A stretch of 64,000 nucleotides of DNA from the NCBI GenBank assembly GCA_964057225.1, contig OZ059898.1, positions 18,538,001-18,602,000 of the forward strand, given 5' to 3'. How positions within the stretch are numbered: position 1 is the stretch's first letter; the number at the start of each line of letters is the position of its first letter. Under the pieces are notes generated by a model. It did no database searches. It saw only the letters and a list, made by a program, of their open reading frames with translations, and was not told the origin of the DNA. The translations under genes were made by a program, and so were the position numbers. Shown one piece after another: positions 29,401 to 42,000 of the stretch. Source of the DNA: Auanema rhodensis. Taxonomy: Eukaryota > Animalia > Nematoda.

Positions 29401-31480
29401 ATTAGATTCCCCATGTCCATATTAGTCTAAAAACAAATTTTTGTTGATATTGGTGGATGGTAACCATGACTTTGAAATTTACGTGAACTTTAATTTATGC
29501 TAATTAAGTGTACACGTGATGTGCACTTGGTATGTAACTCGCTTCACGTGAAAGATAAAGAGATGCGATTTTCAAAATTAGATTTCGCATGTCCATATTA
29601 GTCTAAAAACGAATTTTTATTGATATTGGTGCATGGTAACCATGACTTTGAAATTTACGTGAACTTTAATTTATGCTAATTAAGTGTACACGTGATGTGC
29701 ACTTGGTATGTAACTCGCTTCAAGTGAAAGATAAAGAGATGCGGTTTTCAAAATTAGATTCCCCATGTCCATATTAGTCTAAAAACAAATTTTTATTGAT
29801 ATTGGTGCATGGTAACTATGACTTTGAAATTTACGTGAACTTTAATTTATGCTAATTAAGTGTACACATGATGTGCACTTGGTATGTAACTCGCTTCACG
29901 TGAAAGATAAAGAGATGCGGTTTTCAAAATTAGATTTCGCATGTCCATATTAGTCTAAAAACAAATTTTTATTGATATTGGTGCATGGCAACCATGACTT
30001 TAAAATTTACGTGTACTTTAATTTATGCTAATTAAGTGTACACATGATGTGCACTTGGTATGTAACTCGCTTCACGTCAAAGATAAAGAGATGCGGTTTT
30101 CAAAATTAGATTTCGCATGTCCATATTAGTCTAAAAACAAATTTTTATTGATATTGGTGCATGGTAACCATGACTTTGAAATTTACGTGAACTTTAATTT
30201 ATGCTAATTAAGTGTACACGTGATGTGCACTTGGTATGTAACTCGCTTCACGTGAAAGATAAAGAGATGCGGTTTTCAAAATTAGATTCCCCATGTCCAT
30301 ATTAGTCTAAAAACAAATTTTTATTGATATTGGTGCATGGCAACCATGACTTTAAAGTTTACGTGTACTTTAATTTATGCTAATTAAGTGTACACATGAT
30401 GTGCACTTGGTATGTAACTCGCTTCACGTCAAAGATAAAGAGATGCGGTTTTCAAAATTAGATTTCGCATGTCCATATTAGTCTAAAAACAAATTTTTAT
30501 TGATATTGGTGCATGGTAACCATGACTTTGAAATTTACGTGAACTTTAATTTATGCTAATTAAGTGTACTCGTGATGTGCACTTGGTATGTAACTCGCTT
30601 CACGTGAAAGATAAAAAGATGCGGTTTTCAAAATTAGATTCCTCATGTCCATATTAGTCTAAAAACAAATTTTTATTGGTATTGGTGCATGGCAACCATG
30701 ACTTTTAAATTTACGTGTACTTTAATTTATGCTAATTAAGTGTACACATGATGTGCACTTGGTATGTAACTCGCTTCACGTCAAAGATAAAGAGATGCGG
30801 TTTTCAAAATTAGATTCCTCATGTCCATATTAGTCTAAAAACAAATTTTTATTAATATTGGTGCATGGTAACCATGACTTTGAAATTTATGTGAACTTTA
30901 ATTTATGCTAATTAAGTGTACACATGATGTGCACTTGGTATGTAACTCGCTTCACGTGAAAGATAAAGAGATGCGGTTTTCAAAATTAGATTCCTCATGT
31001 CCATATTAGTCTAAAAACGAATTTTTATTGATATTGATGCATGGTAATCATGACTTTGAAATTTTCGTGAACTTTAATTTATGCTTATTAAGTGTACACG
31101 TGATGTGCACTTGGTATGTAACTCGCTTCACGTGAAAGATAAAGGGATGCGGTTTTCAAAATTAGATTCCCCATGTCCATATTAGTCTAAAAACAAATTT
31201 TTGTTGATATTGGTGGATGGTAACCATGACTTTGAAATTTACGTGAACTTTAATTTATGCTAATTAAGTGTACACGTGATGTGCACTTGGTATGTAACTC
31301 GCTTCACGTGAAAGATAAAGAGATGCGATTTTCAAAATTAGATTTCGCATGTCCATATTAGTCTAAAAACGAATTTTTATTGATATTGGTGCATGGTAAC
31401 CATGACTTTGAAATTTACGTGAACTTTAATTTATGCTAATTAAGTGTACACGTGATGTGCACTTGGTATGTAACTCGCTT
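26440..31480. repeat. 9/10-monomer higher-order repeat, ~3 copies (mirrored at ~42260-47300)
   Basis: gtgaatggc at 27341/28925 (+1584 = 9x176). gcgatttt at 27981, 29565 (+1584) and 31325 (+1760 = 10x176). Confidence 0.85.
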
Positions 31481-32911
31481 CACGTGAAAGATAAAGAGAT
31501 GCGGTTTCCAAAATTAGATTCCCCATGTCCATATTAGTCTAAAAACAAATTTTTATTGATATTGGTGCATGGTAACCATGACTTTGAAATTTACGTGAAC
31601 TTTAATTTATGCTAATTAAGTGTACACGTGAAGTGCACTTGGTATGTAACTCGCTTCACGTGAAAGATAAAGAGATGCGGTTTTCAAAATTAGATTCCCC
31701 ATGTCCATATTAGTCTAAAAACAAATTTTTATTGATATTGGTGCATGGTAACCATGACTTTGAAATTTACGTGAACTTTAATTTATGCTAATTAAGTGTA
31801 CACATGATGTGCACTCGGTATGTAACTCGCTTCACGTGAAAGATAAAGAGATGCGGTTTTCAAAATTAGATTCCGCATGTCCATATTAGTCTAAAAACAA
31901 ATTTTTATTGATATTGGTGCATGGTAACCATGACTTTGAAATTTACGTGAACTTTAATTTATGCTAATTAAGTGTACACGTGATGTGCACTTGGTATGTA
32001 ACTCGCTTCACGTGAAAGATAAAGAGATGCGGTTTCCAAAATTAGATTCCGCATGTCCATATTAGTCTAAAAACAAATTTTTGTTGATATTTGTGGATGG
32101 TAACCATGACTTTGAAATTTACGTGAACTTTAATTTATGCTAATTAAGTGTACACGTGATGTGCACTTGGTATGTAACTCGCTTCACGTGAAAGATGAAG
32201 AGATGCGGTTTTCAAAATTAGGTTCCCCATGTCCATATTAGTCTAAAAACAAATTTTTATTGATATTGGTGCATGGTAACCATGACTTTGAAATTTACGT
32301 GAACTTTAATTTATGCTAATTAAGTGTACACGTGAAGTGCACTTGGTATGTAACTCGCTTCACGTGAAAGATAAAGAGATGCGGTTTTCAAAATTAGATT
32401 CCCCATGTCCATATTAGTCTAAAAACAAATTTTTATTGATATTGGTGCATGGTAACCATGACTTTGAAATTTACGTGAACTTTAATTTATGCTAATTAAG
32501 TGTACACATGATGTGCACTCGGTATGTAACTCGCTTCACGTGAAAGATAAAGAGATGCGGTTTTCAAAATTAGATTCCGCATGTCCATATTAGTCTAAAA
32601 ACAAATTTTTATTGATATTGGTGCATGGTAACCATGACTTTGAAATTTACGTGAACTTTAATTTATGCTAATTAAGTGTACACGTGATGTGCACTTGGTA
32701 TGTAACTCGCTTCACGTGAAAGATAAAGAGATGCGGTTTCCAAAATTAGATTTCGCATGTCCATATTAGTCTAAAAACAAATTTTTATTGATATTGGTGC
32801 ATGGTAACCATGACTTTGAAATTTACGTGAACTTCAATTTATGCTAATTAAGTGTACACGTGATGTGCACTTGGTATGTAACTCGCTTCACGTGAAAGAT
32901 AAAGAGATGCG

Positions 32912-33070
32912 GTTTTCAAAATTAGATTCCCCAAAACAAATTTTTATTGATATTGGTGCATGGTAACTATGACTTTGAAATTTACGTGAACTTTAATTTA
33001 TGCTAATTAAGTGTACACGTGATGTGCACTTGGTATGTAACTCGCTTCACGTGAAAGATAAAGAGATGCG
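32912..33070. other. Truncated 159-bp monomer carrying a 17-bp deletion
   Basis: Reads 'attagattccccaaaacaaa' where the consensus is 'attagattcccc[atgtccatattagtcta]aaaacaaa'. The next monomer starts at 33071 = 32912+159. Confidence 0.95.
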
Positions 33071-36000
33071 GTTTCCAAAATTAGATTTCGCATGTCCATA
33101 TTAGTCTAAAAACAAATTTTTATTGATATTGGTGCATGGTAACCATGACTTTGAAATTTACGTGAACTTTAATTTATGCTAATTAAGTGTACACATGATG
33201 TGCACTTGGTATGTAACTCGCTTAACGTGAAAGATAAAGAGATGCGGTTTTCAAAATTAGATTCCCCATGTCCATATTAGTCTAAAAACAAATTTTTATT
33301 GATATTGGTGCATGGCAACCATGACTTTAAAATTTACGTGTACTTTAATTTATGCTAATTAAGTGTACACATGATGTGCACTTGGTATGTAACTCGCTTC
33401 ACGTGAAAGATAAAGAGATGCGGTTTTCAAAATTAGATTCCCCATGTCCATATTAGTCTAAAAACAAATTTTTATTGATATTGGTGCATGGCAACCATGA
33501 CTTTCAAATTTACGTGAACTTCAATTTATGCTAATTAAGTGTACACGTGATGTGCACTTGGTATGTAACTCGCTTCGCGTCAAAGATAAAGAGATGCGGT
33601 TTTCAAAATTAGATTCCCCATGTCCATATTAGTCTAAAAACAAATTTTTATTGATATTGGTGCATGGTAACCATGACTTTGAAATTTACGTGAACTTTAA
33701 TTTATGCTAATTAATTGTACACGTGATGTGCACTTGGTATGTAACTCGCTTCGCGTCAAAGATAAAGAGATGCGGTTTTCAAAATTAGATTCCCCATGTC
33801 CATATTAGTCTAAAAACAAATTTTTGTTGATATTGGTGGATGGTAACCATGACTTTGAAATTTACGTGAACTTTAATTTATGCTAATTAAGTGTACACGT
33901 GATGTGCACTTGGTATGTAACTCGCTTCACGTGAAAGATAAAGAGATGCGGTTTTCAAAATTAGATTCCTCATGTCCATATTAGTCTAAAAACGAATTTT
34001 TATTGATATTGATGCATGGTAACCATGACTTTGAAATTTACGTGAACTTTAATTTATGCTTATTAAGTGTACACGTGATGTGCACTTGGTATGTAACTCG
34101 CTTCAAGTGAAAGATAAAGAGATGCGGTTTTCAAAATTAGATTCCCCATGTCCATATTAGTCTAAAAACAAATTTTTATTGATATTGGTGCATGGTAACT
34201 ATGACTTTGAAATTTACGTGAACTTTAATTTATGCTAATTAAGTGTACACATGATGTGCACTTGGTATGTAACTCGCTTCACGTCAAAGATAAAGAGATG
34301 CGGTTTTCAAAATTAGATTTCGCATGTCCATATTAGTCTAAAAACAAATTTTTATTGATATTGGTGCATGGTAACTATGACTTTGAAATTTACGTGAACT
34401 TTAATTTATGCTAATTAAGTGTACACATGATGTGCACTTGGTATGTAACTCGCTTCACGTCAAAGATAAAGAGATGCGGTTTTCAAAATTAGATTTCGCA
34501 TGTCCATATTAGTCTAAAAACAAATTTTTATTGATATTGGTGCATGGTAACCATGACTTTGAAATTTACGTGAACTTTAATTTATGCTAATTAAGTGTAC
34601 ACATGATGTGCACTTGGTATGTAACTCGCTTAACGTGAAAGATAAAGAGATGCGGTTTTCAAAATTAGATTCCCCATGTCCATATTAGTCTAAAAACAAA
34701 TTTTTATTGATATTGGTGCATGGCAACCATGACTTTAAAATTTACGTGTACTTTAATTTATGCTAATTAAGTGTACACATGATGTGCACTTGGTATGTAA
34801 CTCGCTTCACGTGAAAGATAAAGAGATGCGGTTTTCAAAATTAGATTCCCCATGTCCATATTAGTCTAAAAACAAATTTTTATTGATATTGGTGCATGGC
34901 AACCATGACTTTCAAATTTACGTGAACTTCAATTTATGCTAATTAAGTGTACACGTGATGTGCACTTGGTATGTAACTCGCTTCGCGTCAAAGATAAAGA
35001 GATGCGGTTTTCAAAATTAGATTCCCCATGTCCATATTAGTCTAAAAACAAATTTTTATTGATATTGGTGCATGGTAACCATGACTTTGAAATTTACGTG
35101 AACTTTAATTTATGCTAATTAAGTGTACACGTGATGTGCACTTGGTATGTAACTCGCTTCGCGTCAAAGATAAAGAGATGCGGTTTTCAAAATTAGATTC
35201 CCCATGTCCATATTAGTCTAAAAACAAATTTTTGTTGATATTGGTGGATGGTAACCATGACTTTGAAATTTACGTGAACTTTAATTTATGCTAATTAAGT
35301 GTACACGTGATGTGCACTTGGTATGTAACTCGCTTCACGTGAAAGATAAAGAGATGCGGTTTTCAAAATTAGATTCCTCATGTCCATATTAGTCTAAAAA
35401 CGAATTTTTATTGATATTGATGCATGGTAACCATGACTTTGAAATTTACGTGAACTTTAATTTATGCTTATTAAGTGTACACGTGATGTGCACTTGGTAT
35501 GTAACTCGCTTCAAGTGAAAGATAAAGAGATGCGGTTTTCAAAATTAGATTCCCCATGTCCATATTAGTCTAAAAACAAATTTTTATTGATATTGGTGCA
35601 TGGTAACTATGACTTTGAAATTTACGTGAACTTTAATTTATGCTAATTAAGTGTACACATGATGTGCACTTGGTATGTAACTCGCTTCACGTCAAAGATA
35701 AAGAGATGCGGTTTTCAAAATTAGATTTCGCATGTCCATATTAGTCTAAAAACAAATTTTTATTGATATTGGTGCATGGTAACTATGACTTTGAAATTTA
35801 CGTGAACTTTAATTTATGCTAATTAAGTGTACACATGATGTGCACTTGGTATGTAACTCGCTTCACGTCAAAGATAAAGAGATGCGGTTTTCAAAATTAG
35901 ATTTCGCATGTCCATATTAGTCTAAAAACAAATTTTTATTGATATTGGTGCATGGTAACCATGACTTTGAAATTTACGTGAACTTTAATTTATGCTAATT

Positions 36001-39000
36001 AAGTGTACACATGATGTGCACTTGGTATGTAACTCGCTTAACGTGAAAGATAAAGAGATGCGGTTTTCAAAATTAGATTCCCCATGTCCATATTAGTCTA
36101 AAAACAAATTTTTATTGATATTGGTGCATGGCAACCATGACTTTAAAATTTACGTGTACTTTAATTTATGCTAATTAAGTGTACACATGATGTGCACTTG
36201 GTATGTAACTCGCTTCACGTCAAAGATAAAGAGATGCGGTTTTCAAAATTAGATTTCGCATGTCCATATTAGTCTAAAAACAAATTTTTATTGATATTGG
36301 TGCATGGCAACCATGACTTTAAAATTTACGTGTACTTTAATTTATGCTAATTAAGTGTACACATGATGTGCACTTGGTATGTAACTCGCTTCACGTCAAA
36401 GATAAAGAGATGCGGTTTTCAAAATTAGATTCCCCATGTCCATATTAGTCTAAAAACAAATTTTTATTGATATTGGTGCATGGTAACCATGACTTTGAAA
36501 TTTACGTGAACTTTAATTTATGCTAATTAAGTGTACTCGTGATGTGCACTTGGTATGTAACTCGCTTCACGTGAAAGATAAAGAGATGCGGTTTTCAAAA
36601 TTAGATTCCTCATGTCCATATTAGTCTAAAAAAAAATTTTTATTGGTATTGGTGCATGGCAACCATGACTTTAAAATTTACGTGTACTTTAATTTATGCT
36701 AATTAAGTGTACACGTGATGTGCACTTGGTATTTAACTCGCTCCACGTGAAAGATAAAGAGATGCGGTTTTCAAAATTAGATTCCCCATGTCCATATTAG
36801 TCTAAAAACAAATTTTTATTGATATTGGTGCATGGTAACCATGACTTTGAAATTTACGTGAACTTTAATTTATGCTAATTAAGTGTACTCGTGATGTGCA
36901 CTTGGTATGTAACTCGCTTCACGTGAAAGATAAAGAGATGCGGTTTTCAAAATTAGATTCCTCATGTCCATATTAGTCTAAAAAAAATTTTTATTGATAT
37001 TGGTGCATGGTAACCATGACTTTGAAATTTACGTGAACTTCAATTTATGCTAATTAAGTGTACACGTGATGTGCACTTGGTATGTAACTCGCTTCACGTG
37101 AAAGATAAAGAGATGCGGTTTTCAAAATTAGATTCCCCATGTTTATATTAGTCTAAAAACGAATTTTTATTGATATTGGTGCATGGCAACCATGACTTTA
37201 AAATCTACGAGTACTTTAATTTATGCTAATTAAGTGTACACATGATGTGCACTTGGTATGTAACTCGCTTCACGTGAAAGATAAAGAGATGCGGTTTTCA
37301 AAATTAGATTCCTCATGTCCATATTAGTCTAAAAACAAATTTTTATTGATATTGGTGCATGGCAACCATGACTTTAAAATTTACGTGTACTTTAATTTAT
37401 GCTAATTAAGTGTACACATGATGTGCACTTGGTATGTAACTCGCTTCACGTGAAAGATAAAGAGATGCGGTTTTCAAAATTAGATTCCCCATGTCCATAT
37501 TAGTCTAAAAACAAATTTTTATTGATATTGGTGCATGGCAACCATGACTTTAAAATTTACGTGTACTTTAATTTATGCTAATTAAGTGTACACATGATGT
37601 GCACTTGGTATGTAACTCGCTTCACGTGAAAGATAAAGAGATGCGGTTTTCAAAATTAGATTCCTCATGTCCATATTAGTCTAAAGACGAATTTTTATTG
37701 ATATTGATGAATGGTAACCATGACTTTGAAATTTACGTGAACTTTAATTTATGCTTATTAAGTGTACACGTGATGTGCACTTGGTATGTAACTCGCTTCA
37801 CGTGAAAGATAAAGAGATGCGGTTTTCAAAATTAGATTTCGCATGTCCATATTAGTCTAAAAACAAATTTTTATTGATATTGGTGCATGGCAACCATGAC
37901 TTTAAAATTTACGTGTACTTTAATTTATGCTAATTAAGTGTACACATGATGTGCACTTGGTATGTAACTCGCTTCACGTCAAAGATAAAGAGATGCGGTT
38001 TTCAAAATTAGATTTCGCATGTCCATATTAGTCTAAAAACAAATTTTTATTGATATTGGTGCATGGTAACCATGACTTTGAAATTTACGTGAACTTTAAT
38101 TTATGCTAATTAAGTGTACACGTGATGTGCACTTGGTATGTAACTCGCTTCACGTGAAAGATAAAGAGATGCGGTTTTCAAAATTAGATTCCCCATGTCC
38201 ATATTAGTCTAAAAACAAATTTTTATTGATATTGGTGCATGGCAACCATGACTTTAAAGTTTACGTGTACTTTAATTTATGCTAATTAAGTGTACACATG
38301 ATGTGCACTTGGTATGTAACTCGCTTCACGTCAAAGATAAAGAGATGCGGTTTTCAAAATTAGATTTCGCATGTCCATATTAGTCTAAAAACAAATTTTT
38401 ATTGATATTGGTGCATGGTAACCATGACTTTGAAATTTACGTGAACTTTAATTTATGCTAATTAAGTGTACTCGTGATGTGCACTTGGTATGTAACTCGC
38501 TTCACGTGAAAGATAAAAAGATGCGGTTTTCAAAATTAGATTCCTCATGTCCATATTAGTCTAAAAACAAATTTTTATTGGTATTGGTGCATGGCAACCA
38601 TGACTTTTAAATTTACGTGTACTTTAATTTATGCTAATTAAGTGTACACATGATGTGCACTTGGTATGTAACTCGCTTCACGTCAAAGATAAAGAGATGC
38701 GGTTTTCAAAATTAGATTTCGCATGTCCATATTAGTCTAAAAACAAATTTTTATTGATATTGGTGCATGGTAACCATGACTTTGAAATTTACGTGAACTT
38801 TAATTTATGCTAATTAAGTGTACACGTGATGTGCACTTGGTATGTAACTCGCTTCACGTGAAAGATAAAGAGATGCGGTTTTCAAAATTAGATTCCCCAT
38901 GTCCATATTAGTCTAAAAACAAATTTTTATTGATATTGGTGCATGGCAACCATGACTTTAAAGTTTACGTGTACTTTAATTTATGCTAAATAAGTGTACA

Positions 39001-42000
39001 CATGATGTGCTCTTGGTATGTAACTCGCTTCACGTCAAAGATAAAGAGATGCGGTTTTCAAAATTAGATTTCGCATGTCCATATTAGTCTAAAAACAAAT
39101 TTTTATTGATATTGGTGCATGGTAACCATGACTTTGAAATTTACGTGAACTTTAATTTATGCTAATTAAGTGTACTCGTGATGTGCACTTGGTATGTAAC
39201 TCGCTTCACGTGAAAGATAAAAAGATGCGGTTTTCAAAATTAGATTCCTCATGTCCATATTAGTCTAAAAACAAATTTTTATTAATATTGGTGCATGGTA
39301 ACCATGACTTTGAAATTTATGTGAACTTTAATTTATGCTAATTAAGTGTACACATGATGTGCACTTGGTATGTAACTCGCTTCACGTGAAAGATAAAGAG
39401 ATGCGGTTTTCAAAATTAGATTCCTCATGTCCATATTAGTCTAAAAACGAATTTTTATTGATATTGATGCATGGTAATCATGACTTTGAAATTTTCGTGA
39501 ACTTTAATTTATGCTTATTAAGTGTACACGTGATGTGCACTTGGTATGTAACTCGCTTCACGTGAAAGATAAAGAGATGCGGTTTTCAAAATTAGATTCC
39601 TCATGTCCATATTAGTCTAAAAACGAATTTTTATTGATATTGATGAATGGTAACCATGACTTTGAAATTTACGTGAACTTTAATTTATGCTTATTAAGTG
39701 TACACGTGATGTGCACTTGGTATGTAACTCGCTTCAAGTGAAAGATAAAGAGATGCGGTTTTCAAAATTAGATTCCCCATGTCCATATTAGTCTAAAAAC
39801 AAATTTTTATTGATATTGGTGCATGGTAACTATGACTTTGAAATTTACGTGAACTTTAATTTATGCTTATTAAGTGTACACGTGATGTGCACTTGGTATG
39901 TAACTCGCTTCAAGTGAAAGATAAAGAGATGCGGTTTTCAAAATTAGATTCCCCATGTCCATATTAGTCTAAAGACGAATTTTTATTGATATTGATGAAT
40001 GGTAACCATGACTTTGAAATTTACGTGAACTTTAATTTATGCTAATTAAGTGTACACGTGATGTGCACTTGGTATGTAAATCGCTTCACGTGAAAGATAA
40101 AGAGATGCGGTTTTCAAAATTAGATTCCTCATGTCCATATTAGTCTAAAGACGAATTTTTATTGATATTGATGAATGTTAACCATGACTTTGAAATTTAC
40201 GTGAACTTTAATTTATGCTTATTAAGTGTACACGTGATGTGCACTTGGTATGTAACTCGCTTCAAGTGAAAGATAAAGAGATGCGGTTTTCAAAATTAGA
40301 TTCCCCATGTCCATATTAGTCTAAAAACAAATTTTTATTGATATTGGTGCATGGTAACTATGACTTTGAAATTTACGTGAACTTTAATTTATGCTAATTA
40401 AGTGTACACATGATGTGCACTTGGTATGTAACTCGCTTCACGTGAAAGATAAAGAGATGCGGTTTTCAAAATTAGATTTCGCATGTCCATATTAGTCTAA
40501 AAACGAATTTTTATTGATATTGATGCATGGCAACCATGACTTTAAAATTTACGTGTACTTTAATTTATGCTAATTAAGTGTACACATGATGTGCACTTGG
40601 TATGTAACTCGCTTCACGTCAAAGATAAAGAGATGCGGTTTTCAAAATTAGATTTCGCATGTCCATATTAGTCTAAAAACAAATTTTTATTGATATTGGT
40701 GCATGGTAACCATGACTTTGAAATTTACGTGAACTTTAATTTATGCTAATTAAGTGTACACGTGATGTGCACTTGGTATGTAACTCGCTTCACGTGAAAG
40801 ATAAAGAGATGCGGTTTTCAAAATTAGATTCCCCATGTCCATATTAGTCTAAAAACAAATTTTTATTGATATTGGTGCATGGCAACCATGACTTTAAAGT
40901 TTACGTGTACTTTAATTTATGCTAATTAAGTGTACACATGATGTGCACTTGGTATGTAACTCGCTTCACGTCAAAGATAAAGAGATGCGGTTTTCAAAAT
41001 TAGATTTCGCATGTCCATATTAGTCTAAAAACAAATTTTTATTGATATTGGTGCATGGTAACCATGACTTTGAAATTTACGTGAACTTTAATTTATGCTA
41101 ATTAAGTGTACTCGTGATGTGCACTTGGTATGTAACTCGCTTCACGTGAAAGATAAAAAGATGCGGTTTTCAAAATTAGATTCCTCATGTCCATATTAGT
41201 CTAAAAACAAATTTTTATTGGTATTGGTGCATGGCAACCATGACTTTTAAATTTACGTGTACTTTAATTTATGCTAATTAAGTGTACACATGATGTGCAC
41301 TTGGTATGTAACTCGCTTCACGTCAAAGATAAAGAGATGCGGTTTTCAAAATTAGATTCCTCATGTCCATATTAGTCTAAAAACAAATTTTTATTAATAT
41401 TGGTGCATGGTAACCATGACTTTGAAATTTATGTGAACTTTAATTTATGCTAATTAAGTGTACACATGATGTGCACTTGGTATGTAACTCGCTTCACGTG
41501 AAAGATAAAGAGATGCGGTTTTCAAAATTAGATTCCTCATGTCTATATTAGTCTAAAAACGAATTTTTATTGATATTGATGCATGGTAATCATGACTTTG
41601 AAATTTTCGTGAACTTTAATTTATGCTTATTAAGTGTACACGTGATGTGCACTTGGTATGTAACTCGCTTCACGTGAAAGATAAAGGGATGCGGTTTTCA
41701 AAATTAGATTCCCCATGTCCATATTAGTCTAAAAACAAATTTGTGTTGATATTGGTGGATGGTAACCATGACTTTGAAATTTATGTGAACTTTAATTTAT
41801 GCTAATTAAGTGTACACATGATGTGCACTTGGTATGTAACTCGCTTCACGTGAAAGATAAAGAGATGCGGTTTTCAAAATTAGATTCCTCATGTCCATAT
41901 TAGTCTAAAAACGAATTTTTATTGATATTGATGCATGGTAATCATGACTTTGAAATTTTCGTGAACTTTAATTTATGCTTATTAAGTGTACACGTGATGT

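Larger units (their letters stand above)
16759..32932. repeat. ~16.2-kb (92-monomer) tandem segmental duplication, copy 1
   Basis: Markers recur at +16174 (=92x176-17-1): cttaacgtg 17047/33221, A8 1-bp deletion 20806/36980, gctaaataag 22811/38985. They then recur at +15998 (aatcgc 24081/40079) and at +15822 (gtgttgat 25921/41743, gatttgcac ~29171/44993, gcggtttcc..ttcccc 31501/47323). Confidence 0.92.
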
